Shown: positions 19,533 to 26,817 of the stretch, piece by piece
Layout of the letters: each line of letters begins with the position of its first letter
Numbering within the stretch: the first letter of the stretch is position 1
NCBI GenBank assembly: GCA_035700905.1
Contig: DASSOD010000055.1
Span: 1 to 33,516 of the forward strand
Source of the DNA: Gemmatimonadales bacterium
Lineage (GTDB): Bacteria; Gemmatimonadota; Gemmatimonadetes; Gemmatimonadales; GWC2-71-9
Length of the DNA: 33,516 nucleotides
Reading direction: 5' to 3'
The notes under the pieces: model-generated
Database searches by the model: none
What the model was told of the DNA's origin: nothing
Seen by the model: only the letters and a program-made list of their open reading frames with translations
Position numbers and translations under genes: made by a program

Positions 19533-20969
19533 GTGAACACGAGACACGTCCCGACCGCCCTCGCGCTCGCGCTGATCGCGGCGCCCCTGGGGAGCGCGAG
19601 CGGGCAGCAGGGCAACCAACGCGTCGTCGTGGCGATGGCCAAGCAGGGCGGGGCGGCGTCGCCGGCGGCGTGCAAGGCCGGCTTCGCGACCGGCGGCAAG
19701 GTCGGCGACGGGCTGAAGGACCTGCGCTCGGCGATGGACCAGAAGGACGACGAGAAGCGCGGCTTCTCGCTCGGAGAGGCGCGGAAGAAGCTGACCGAGG
19801 CCGCCAGCAAGGAGCCCAAGAACCCGACCGCGTGGCTCTATCTCGGCCGCGCGTACCTGTATGAGGGCGATTTGGCCGGCGCTGATTCGGCGTTCACCAG
19901 GGCCGAGGCGCTCGCGCCCGACTGCAAGGAAGACACGCAGCGATACCGCCAAGCGGCCTGGGTTCCGCTGGTAAACGACGGCGTGGATTTCGTGAAGGCC
20001 GACAAGAACGATTCGGCCACCGTGCTCTTCCGTCAGGCCAACACGATCTTCCGCGGCCAGCCCAACAGCTTCGCGGGCCTCGGCGTCATCTTCGCGAATC
20101 AGGGGCAGACGGACAGCGCGATCGTGTACCTGAAGAAGGCGGCGGACGTGGCCACCGCGGCGAACCTGCCGGAGGACCGCAACAATGCCACGCTCAATCT
20201 CGGCATCCTCCTCAACCGCGCGAAGCGGTACGACGACGCGGTGAAGACGCTGGAGCAGTATCGCACCTGGGCCCCGAACGACACGGCGGGCGCAAAGTCG
20301 CTCGCGCTGGCCTACCGGGGCGCCGGGCAGACGGACAAGGCGGCGGCGCTGGAGAAGCAGTTCGGCATCGCGCCGACCGAGGTGGCTGGAAGCGGCGAGG
20401 CGACGACGGCGACGTTCACTCAGGGGGTGGAGGCGTTCAACGCGGGCAAGTTCGACGACGCGGGCAACCTCTTCGGCCAGGTGTTCGAGAAGCAGCCGTA
20501 CAACCACGACGCCCTGCTGAACCAGGCGACGGCGTACTTCAAGGGGAAGATTGGGCCGAAGCTCGTGACGGCCGCAAGCAAGCTCACCGAGCTGGAGCCG
20601 ATGAACGAGATCGCGGTGCAGCTGCTGGAGCAGGGTTACCGCATGACGCAACAGACCGAGAAGCAGGTGGCCACGGTGAGCCAGCGCCGCATGCTGCCGG
20701 TGAAGGTGGAATCGAAGGGGGTGACGATCAGCCCCACCGACATCAAGCTCGCGATGGCGGCGACCGGCCGGGACGCGCGGGACGCGAAGGACCGGCCCAT
20801 CAAGCCCGCCCCGGTGGCGTTGAGCTTCGAGCTGCTCGGCCAGGACGGGAGCGTCCTCGCGACCGAGAACGTCACGCTGCCGCCGCTGGCGGCCGACGCG
20901 ACGCACGAGTTCACGGTCGAGGCCAAGGCGAACGGCATCACCGGCTGGCGCTACAAGCCCGCCAAGTGA
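19533..20969 (+). CDS. Secreted TPR-repeat protein with a C-terminal beta-rich domain, function unknown
   Basis: GTG start 3 nt after the larC stop, with GAGGAG upstream. Signal peptide NTRHVPTALALALIAAPLGSASG. TPR-like repeats are present (AWLYLGRAYLYEGDLAGADSAFTRAEALAPD; SFAGLGVIFANQGQTDSAIVYLKKA; LNLGILLNRAKRYDDAVKTLEQY; ALLNQATAYFKG). Confidence 0.7.
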   Translation: MNTRHVPTALALALIAAPLGSASGQQGNQRVVVAMAKQGGAASPAACKAGFATGGKVGDGLKDLRSAMDQKDDEKRGFSLGEARKKLTEAASKEPKNPTAWLYLGRAYLYEGDLAGADSAFTRAEALAPDCKEDTQRYRQAAWVPLVNDGVDFVKADKNDSATVLFRQANTIFRGQPNSFAGLGVIFANQGQTDSAIVYLKKAADVATAANLPEDRNNATLNLGILLNRAKRYDDAVKTLEQYRTWAPNDTAGAKSLALAYRGAGQTDKAAALEKQFGIAPTEVAGSGEATTATFTQGVEAFNAGKFDDAGNLFGQVFEKQPYNHDALLNQATAYFKGKIGPKLVTAASKLTELEPMNEIAVQLLEQGYRMTQQTEKQVATVSQRRMLPVKVESKGVTISPTDIKLAMAATGRDARDAKDRPIKPAPVALSFELLGQDGSVLATENVTLPPLAADATHEFTVEAKANGITGWRYKPAK

Positions 20970-20975
20970 TCCAGG

Positions 20976-21010
20976 CCGGGGCGCGGGCTTGGCGCCTCGG
21001 CTATGTTTCT
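20976..21010 (+). terminator. Weak terminator-like hairpin after the TPR gene
   Basis: CCGGGGCGC (20976-20984) pairs with GCGCCTCGG (20992-21000), giving 9 bp including one G-U and a 7-nt loop. CTATGTTTCT follows, so the T-tract is interrupted. Confidence 0.3.
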
Positions 21011-21036
21011 GGTGGGGTTTTCACGAGGAGGTCGGC

Positions 21037-21963
21037 ATGTCGGGAGTCGAGACGCGGCCCGCTCTGGGGCTCACCACGACCCAAGCGCCGTACATCGAGC
21101 AGGCGCAGCGGCAAGGCCGCCTTTACATCGAGCAGCCGTACGAGCTCTACACCGAGGCCAACCACGACGCTTGGCGCCGGCTCTACCAGCGGATGGTGCC
21201 GCGCTGGCGGCAGTACGCCAATCCCCACTTCCTCGCGGGAATCGACAGCCTGTGCCTGGATGCGGAACGGGTGCCGAAACTCGAGGACGTGAACCGCTTC
21301 CTGAGCCCGCTCACCGGGTTCCGCGCGAAGGCGGTCAGCGGCTACGTGCCGGCGTTCCTCTTCTTCGATTGCCTGCGGAGCCGGGAGTTTCCCACCACGA
21401 TCACCATCCGCGACGGCCGTCGCCTCGACTACCTCCCCGAGCCCGACATCTTCCACGACATCGCCGGCCACGTGCCGATGCACACCGACCGCGCCTTCGC
21501 GGAGACGCTCGTGCGCTTCGGGGAGTGCGCGCACACGGCGGCCGAGATCGTGTCGGGCGTGAAGGACGAAGAGGAAAAGCTCCGCCGGGTCACGAGCATC
21601 TTCAAGGGGATGGCGCGCTTCTTCTGGTTCACGGTGGAGTTCGGCCTGATGCGGAGCAGCGACGGGGTGAAGGCGTACGGCAGCGGTCTGCTCAGCTCGT
21701 ACGGCGAGCTGGCGCACTCGATCGACAGCCCGCAGGTGCAGCGGTACCCGATCCAGCTCGAGTGGGTGATCAACCAGTACTTCGAAATCGACCACTACCA
21801 GCCGCTGCTGTTCGTGGTGGACTCGTTCGAGCACCTTTACGAGTTGGTCGGCCAGTTGGAGCGCTGGATGAAGGCGGGCCGGATGGACAACGTGGCGCCG
21901 GGCGAGCCGCTCATGAGCGAGCCGGACGTGAAGAGCTTTCTGGAGGCGTCGGCGCGGGCCTGA
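21037..21963 (+). CDS. phhA: Phenylalanine-4-hydroxylase (aromatic amino acid hydroxylase family)
   Basis: PEPDIFHDIAGHVPMHTDRAFAE contains the two iron-binding His residues. SSYGEL supplies the Glu ligand region. YTEANHDAWRRLY and YQPLLFVVDSFEHL are family blocks. I chose the start at the ATG preceded by GAGGAGG at 21024-21030. Confidence 0.88.
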   Translation: MSGVETRPALGLTTTQAPYIEQAQRQGRLYIEQPYELYTEANHDAWRRLYQRMVPRWRQYANPHFLAGIDSLCLDAERVPKLEDVNRFLSPLTGFRAKAVSGYVPAFLFFDCLRSREFPTTITIRDGRRLDYLPEPDIFHDIAGHVPMHTDRAFAETLVRFGECAHTAAEIVSGVKDEEEKLRRVTSIFKGMARFFWFTVEFGLMRSSDGVKAYGSGLLSSYGELAHSIDSPQVQRYPIQLEWVINQYFEIDHYQPLLFVVDSFEHLYELVGQLERWMKAGRMDNVAPGEPLMSEPDVKSFLEASARA

Positions 21964-22007
21964 CCACTTGATGGCGGCGGAGCCCAGCACGATATTTCCG
22001 CCGCTTC

Positions 22008-22080
<73 letters not shown>

Positions 22081-22124
22081 CTCCTGGATGAACTCTGACC
22101 AGAAGAATAGTTCTGTCCCACGGC

Positions 22125-22151
22125 GGGCTCCTGTCACCGGGGCCCGTTTTG
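22125..22151 (+). terminator. Intrinsic terminator following tRNA-Gly
   Basis: An 8-bp stem, CGGGCTCC (22125-22132) pairing with GGGGCCCG (22040-22047 offset by +100, i.e. 22140-22147), has one G-U and the 7-nt loop TGTCACC. TTTT (22148-22151) follows. Confidence 0.55.
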
Positions 22152-22230
22152 CTGCTGCCGAAGCTCGTGCCTAGCTACGAGCAGCCCGTAGCGCGTACCC
22201 TCAAATAGGCAGCCAGGGGAAAGAGCCTCC

Positions 22231-22986
22231 GTGTACAAGGAGATGCGCACGTTCGGCAGCAGCGGCGAGGCCTGGGCCGCCCCCTTTCTCGCGGCCGATT
22301 CGTCGCTGCTCGACCGGGTCAAGTCGCTGTCACTGCACCTGGATCCGCGTTGGCGCGCCATCCGCCGGCACACTCCGCGGGGCTCGCTCGTGCTGGACGC
22401 CGGGTGCGGCATGGGCGTCTGGCCGGTCTTCCTCTCGGGGCGGGGCTACCGGACGATCGGCATCGACTTCTCCGACCAGATGGTGGCGCTCCTGCGACGG
22501 CGCTACCCGGCGCTCGACTGGCGATGCGCCCGCATCCAGGAGCTTCCCCTGGAGGACGCCTCGGTAGACGCGCTCATCAGTTGGGGCGTGATCGAGCACG
22601 ACGAGCGCGGACCGCAGGCGGCGCTGGCGGAATTCATGCGAGTGCTGAAGCCGGGCGGCATCGCGTATCTGACGGTGCCGCTCGACAGCCCGGCCCAGCG
22701 GCGGAGCTCGCGCGCACAGTTCGAAGGGGCCGGCGCCGACACCTTCTTCCAGTACTTTCTCACGATCCCGGATTTCCGCGGCCAGGTCGAGGCAGCCGGC
22801 TTTCGCCTCGTCGGCGACATCGTGCCGGTGAGCCGGCATCACGCTCTCGCGTACCCCAACCTCTACGTGCGCCTCGCCGGAGCGCCGCTGCCGGTCCAGC
22901 GCGCCGCCGGATGGGCGCTCAAGCCCACCCTGCCGTTCCGCTCCGGCTCGATCAACATGGTGCTCGCCGTCGCGCAGAAACCCTGA
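22231..22986 (+). CDS. Class I SAM-dependent methyltransferase (Methyltransf_11-like), substrate unknown
   Basis: Motif I VLDAGCGMGVW, post-I IGIDFS, and LKPGGIAYLTVP. The start is GTG at 22231 or ATG at 22243, with GGGGAAAGAG upstream. Confidence 0.75.
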   Translation: MYKEMRTFGSSGEAWAAPFLAADSSLLDRVKSLSLHLDPRWRAIRRHTPRGSLVLDAGCGMGVWPVFLSGRGYRTIGIDFSDQMVALLRRRYPALDWRCARIQELPLEDASVDALISWGVIEHDERGPQAALAEFMRVLKPGGIAYLTVPLDSPAQRRSSRAQFEGAGADTFFQYFLTIPDFRGQVEAAGFRLVGDIVPVSRHHALAYPNLYVRLAGAPLPVQRAAGWALKPTLPFRSGSINMVLAVAQKP

Positions 22987-23001
22987 GCGGCCGCGGCGTG
23001 G

Positions 23002-24564
23002 CTAGTGCTTGCCGGCCATCGCGACTCGGGCGTGCACGGCCCCGAGTAGCCGGGTGCCGAGCCTCAAGCCCGCCGGAGTCGCCTCGGCCTGAGCCGCCCG
23101 CACGGCGTACCGCGGGAGCAGCTTCGCCATCGACCAATGGAAGAGCAGGGTGTAGGCGCCCCACGAGCCCGGCCGTGGGATGAACGCGGGCGTGACGGGG
23201 AGCGCCAAGAGCTTGGCGAGACGCTTCGGGGCGACGGCGGTCATGCGGTTCCAGAGAAGCGCCAGCTCCCGCCGGGCGTGGTCCGCCCAAATCCGAAGCG
23301 CAAGCCCGACGGTCTGCCGTGCCTCGACGAACCGCGCGAAATCCTGGAAGGACTCCCCGGTCATCACCCGGTCGAAGCCCTCGAGGTGCGCGGCCACCGC
23401 CGCAGCCTTCTTCTCCATGCCGAACATCTCCCGGGGCACACCGGCCTCCTCCGCGATTCGACGCGGGATTGGCTTGTCGTACCGGCACCCGAGCATCCAG
23501 GGCCGCATCTCCTCGGAGTTCGAGATGCGGTAGATGGAGGGATAGCTCGCGCAGCCCAGATAGGGTACGGCCACGTGGACGAACCCCTTCCGGAGCCGCA
23601 GCTCGCCCAGGTTGTTCCCGCTGTCCACGGTCCGCCGGAGCACCACGTCGGGCTTTCGGCACCGCTCCCAGATCGTGCCATTGAAGCCGGTAAAGAGCAG
23701 CCGCCGGTCCAGCGCGGGCGCGAGGCTGAGAAACTCGGAGATTCCGCCCTCCGCTTCGGGGAAGCCGGTCTGGGTGAGGTAGTCGAGCCGGTCGTACACG
23801 GCCACCCGCAGGCCCAGGATCGCGCCGATGCCCGCCCCACAGTCGTCCCGGTCGCCGTCCGCCTTCGCGCGCGAGCGCCGGAAGGTGACCGCCTCGGCGC
23901 ACCCGACCGCGCGCGCCAGCACCGCCGTGGCGGGGGAATCGTAGCCCGTGGAAATCGTCACAACCGGGGCGTAGCGGACCTTCCGGCGCGGATCGGTGGC
24001 GTTGGCGGCGATCGCGGTGACCGTAGCGTCGAGGAAGCGCTTGTAGTCCGCGAAATCCGCAAAGGCGCGCACTGCCGGCTTCCGGCATTCGAACAGGCGC
24101 AGGTCCGGCCCGATCAGCAAATTGCAGTAACAGTACATCCGGATCCGCCGCCCGCTGCGGGTCGGCACGGTCTGGACGTACCGGTCGATGCCATGAATGA
24201 CAGACGCGAGATCGGCCGAGTAGAACAGGTAGCCCGGGTCCGGACCATCCCCCGCCTGCGCGAGCAGGAAGGCGCAGGAGTTCGACGCGAGGATCTCGTC
24301 GCCGCACCTCAGGACGTACAGGCGCTCCATCGTATGGCTCGGGCTCGCCAGCAGCAGCCCACGCTCGCCGAGCTTGCCGCCCGAGCCCATGAGGGATGCC
24401 GATTCGAAGCCGGCCTCCGCGAACTCGCCGCTCCAGGCCCCCTCGCAAAACCAGCCATCGCCGGTCTCGACATCGGCCCCGTGCAGCACGCGCACCGCAC
24501 CCCGCCGCCGCAGGCGGACGCACCATGCCAAGCGCGGCAACGCCTCGAGTCCTTCGAACTCCAT
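23002..24564 (-). CDS. Orphan ~520-aa protein with a divergent asparagine-synthetase-like / PP-loop ATP-pyrophosphatase-like core; function unknown
   Basis: The long ORF 23002..24987(-) has protein-like composition only from MEFEGLEALPRLAW (Met at 24564). PVVTISTGYDSPATAVLARAVG resembles a beta-strand plus SGGxDS PP-loop plus helix. LLFTGFNGTIWER resembles the AsnB (S/T)GxGxDE(L/I)F block. No Cys2 nucleophile is present. Alternative in-frame starts are at 24627 and 24732. Confidence 0.6.
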   Translation of the reverse strand: MEFEGLEALPRLAWCVRLRRRGAVRVLHGADVETGDGWFCEGAWSGEFAEAGFESASLMGSGGKLGERGLLLASPSHTMERLYVLRCGDEILASNSCAFLLAQAGDGPDPGYLFYSADLASVIHGIDRYVQTVPTRSGRRIRMYCYCNLLIGPDLRLFECRKPAVRAFADFADYKRFLDATVTAIAANATDPRRKVRYAPVVTISTGYDSPATAVLARAVGCAEAVTFRRSRAKADGDRDDCGAGIGAILGLRVAVYDRLDYLTQTGFPEAEGGISEFLSLAPALDRRLLFTGFNGTIWERCRKPDVVLRRTVDSGNNLGELRLRKGFVHVAVPYLGCASYPSIYRISNSEEMRPWMLGCRYDKPIPRRIAEEAGVPREMFGMEKKAAAVAAHLEGFDRVMTGESFQDFARFVEARQTVGLALRIWADHARRELALLWNRMTAVAPKRLAKLLALPVTPAFIPRPGSWGAYTLLFHWSMAKLLPRYAVRAAQAEATPAGLRLGTRLLGAVHARVAMAGKH

Positions 24565-24776
24565 GCCCAGCGTACGTGCCCCCCACGACGGAGCCGCTCG
24601 GCGGCTGGGGAAGGCCCGGTCAGGCATCGGCCGGGCTGCAAGCAAAGGCGACGAGAGGAAATGTTCGTCACGGAGCGCACGGGCGCTGTGATGTGGGTCC
24701 CAGGGTGCGGGGCGAGTCGAAGCGAGTGGCATCCAGCGCGAGCGGAGCGCGTCGGGCGCCGCGGGCGTGGAGGGGC

Positions 24777-25367
24777 CTAGAGTCCTGACACGAGCTTGGC
24801 CTTGATCGCCTCGTACTCGGCATCGGTGATGAGACCACTGGCAAGCATGTCCTTGGCGGCCTTCAGGCGTTCCACCGCGCCGTCGGAGCCGGCGGCAGCG
24901 CCGCCCAAGGCCGACGCCCCGAGCTGAAGTCCGCCGGAGCGCGCGCGCAGCTCCTCGAGGTCGCGCACCCGGCGCTTCTCCCGCCACGCCTGCTCCTGCG
25001 CCTGGCAGGCCCGATAGAGACTCTGCGCCTGCTCCTTACGGAGGCCCTTGAACGCGAGCGCGCCGGCGGCACGCTCGGCGCTCGCGAGGTCCGACTGGTT
25101 CAAGGCGGTCAGCGTGACGGTCGCGCCCAGTATCCCGACGTCGAGCTTGGCGTCCTGGAGATCCTGCCACCGAAGGTCCTCCACCCGGAACCCGCCGAAG
25201 AGCCCGCGGCGAAGCGCCACCACCCGGCCGCTGGTCGCGCCGACCACGAGCCGGCGGTGGAGCAGGGCGAAGATCCGCCGCTCGGCCGCCCAGGTGTCGA
25301 GCGTTTCGCCGGGCACCAAGAGACCGCGCAGTTGTTCCACCACGGCCTCGATGCGCGGGCTTTCCAT
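24777..25367 (-). CDS. Bacterial PH-like domain protein with a C-terminal SHOCT motif
   Basis: GAGGAG lies 8 nt upstream of the ATG at 25367. The region ETLDTWAAERRIFALLHRRLVVGATSGRVVALRRGLFGGFRVEDLRWQDLQDAKLDVGILGATVTLT looks like a bPH domain. The tail VERLKAAKDMLASGLITDAEYEAIKAKLVSGL matches the SHOCT short C-terminal oligomerisation motif. Confidence 0.7.
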   Translation of the reverse strand: MESPRIEAVVEQLRGLLVPGETLDTWAAERRIFALLHRRLVVGATSGRVVALRRGLFGGFRVEDLRWQDLQDAKLDVGILGATVTLTALNQSDLASAERAAGALAFKGLRKEQAQSLYRACQAQEQAWREKRRVRDLEELRARSGGLQLGASALGGAAAGSDGAVERLKAAKDMLASGLITDAEYEAIKAKLVSGL

Positions 25368-25539
25368 CCCAGTCTCCTCGTGTTGTGGGGTGCGCCTACA
25401 ATAAGCGTCGCCGCAGGCGTCGCAAGCGCGGCGCGCCGAGCCTGGCTCTTCCGCGCGGCTCGCGTCCCACCTGAGATTGCGGCCGGCAACCCGAGAATCG
25501 GCTTGCATTTACCCTGTCGTCCGCCCATCTTCGTCGCCC

Positions 25540-26817
25540 ATGATCAAAGTCACGGCCGTCGCCCCCGGATCCATCGCAGCCGAGCTGGGGATCGAGCCCG
25601 GAACCGAGCTCCTGTCGGTGGATGGCCGTGACCTCGACGACTTTCTCGACTGGGAGTTCCTCAGCGCCGAGGAGCGGTTCACCCTTCACTTCAGGCGATC
25701 CGATGGCGGAGAGATCGTCGCCGATATCGAGCGACCCCTCGGCGTCGGGTTCGGCCTGTCGCTCGAGCCGCCCCGGATCCGCCGCTGCGCCAACCGGTGC
25801 GACTTCTGCTTCGTGGAGGGCAATCCCGGTGGCCTCCGCGATGCGCTCTACGTCCGCGACGACGACTACCGGCTGTCGTTCCGGTACGGCAACTTCGCCA
25901 CGCTCACCAACCTCAAGCCGCGCGACGTGGAGCGCATCGTGGCCTACCGGCTGTCGCCGCTCTACGTCTCGGTGCACGCGACCGATCCGGTGACCCGCCG
26001 CCGCGTGCTGCGGAACCCGACCGCGCCAGCCATCATCCCGCAGCTCCGGGGGCTCGCGGAGCACGGGATCCGGTTCCACACCCAGATCGTGGTGCAGCCC
26101 GAGGTGAACGACGGGTCCGTCCTGCGGCACACCCTCGCGGACCTGTGGGCGTTCGGGCCGGAGGTGCTGAGCTGCTCCGTGGTGCCGGTCGGCCTCACCG
26201 AGTACAGCGGCCGTCACAAGGTGCGGGAGGCGACCGCCGAGGAATGCCGCGAGGCCGTCGCCCTGGTCGAGTCGTATTGGCCGCGCGCGCTGGCGGCGCG
26301 GGGCGCGCACTGGGCCTGCGGGGCCGACGAGCTGTACCTGCGCGCGGGGCTCGAGCTGCCTCCGCCCGAGGTGTACGACGACTTCGAGCAGGTGGAAAAC
26401 GGCGTCGGCGCGGTGCGCTGGCTCCAGTCCCGCATCGCCGGGGCGGGGGACGCGCTCGCCCGCCGCGACGGCAGCCGGATCGCCATCGTCACGGGCACGG
26501 CAATGGCGCCGCTGATGCCGCAGGTGGCCGAGCCGCTCGCGCGGTGCACCGGTGCGGTGTTCGAGATCCTGCCGGTCAGCAACACCCTCTTCGGCGCGAG
26601 CGTCACCACGGCGGGCCTCTTGCCGGGCGCGGCCATTCAGGCCGCGCTCCGAGGCCGGCACGACCTCGACCTCGCGCTCATTCCGGGCGAGTGCGTCAGC
26701 GACGAGGAGCTCTTCATGGACGGCATGACGCTCGAGGGCCTGGCCGCGAGCGTGCCGATGGAGGTGCGACCGTCGCGCGACTTCAGCGACGCGCTCAGCC
26801 TCCCCGTCGCCGCGTGA
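25540..26817 (+). CDS. PDZ-domain radical-SAM-like protein of the DUF512 family, function unknown
   Basis: N-terminal PDZ (IKVTAVAPGSIAAELGIEPGTELLSVDGRDL). CX3CX2C cluster motif CANRCDFCFV. YVSVHATDP and VVPVGLT(E)YS blocks. Its stop overlaps the GTG start of der (GTGA). Confidence 0.8.
   Translation: MIKVTAVAPGSIAAELGIEPGTELLSVDGRDLDDFLDWEFLSAEERFTLHFRRSDGGEIVADIERPLGVGFGLSLEPPRIRRCANRCDFCFVEGNPGGLRDALYVRDDDYRLSFRYGNFATLTNLKPRDVERIVAYRLSPLYVSVHATDPVTRRRVLRNPTAPAIIPQLRGLAEHGIRFHTQIVVQPEVNDGSVLRHTLADLWAFGPEVLSCSVVPVGLTEYSGRHKVREATAEECREAVALVESYWPRALAARGAHWACGADELYLRAGLELPPPEVYDDFEQVENGVGAVRWLQSRIAGAGDALARRDGSRIAIVTGTAMAPLMPQVAEPLARCTGAVFEILPVSNTLFGASVTTAGLLPGAAIQAALRGRHDLDLALIPGECVSDEELFMDGMTLEGLAASVPMEVRPSRDFSDALSLPVAA

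Noticed and set aside
22088-22174. A 28-codon ORF (MNSDQKNSSVPRRAPVTGARFAAAEARA) just after the tRNA, considered as a possible precursor peptide for the AsnB-like enzyme.
   Set aside because: It has no SD, begins 8 nt after the tRNA 3' end and runs through the terminator hairpin at 22125-22151. It is on the opposite strand from, and about 2.4 kb away from, the AsnB-like gene's start. Nothing about the peptide suggests a RiPP core.
24565-24987. Possible 141-aa N-terminal extension of the AsnB-like orphan, with the ORF starting at 24987.
   Set aside because: The first 70 codons would overlap the 3' end of the well-supported PH/SHOCT gene on the same strand. The composition (R/P/A/S-rich) is non-protein-like, and no SD precedes any of the upstream Met codons. 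I kept it as start ambiguity only.
25368-25377. CCCAGTCTCC resembles the tRNA-Gly 3' end CCCGTCTCC (22068-22076), considered as a possible attL/attR direct repeat bounding the islet.
   Set aside because: The match is only ~9 nt with an indel, which is expected by chance in GC-rich DNA. The right-hand copy is simply the reverse complement of the SD/start region (GAGGAGACTGGGATG) of the PH/SHOCT gene. No integrase is present.
25397-25531. Promoter-like hexamers in the divergent region between the PH/SHOCT gene and DUF512: TACAAT at 25397-25402, and TTGCAT (25503-25508) with CATCTT 17 nt downstream.
   Set aside because: TACAAT has no acceptable -35 box at 16-18 nt spacing. The TTGCAT/CATCTT pair has a poor -10 and would imply a nearly leaderless mRNA. 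The support is too weak to annotate without transcription start data.
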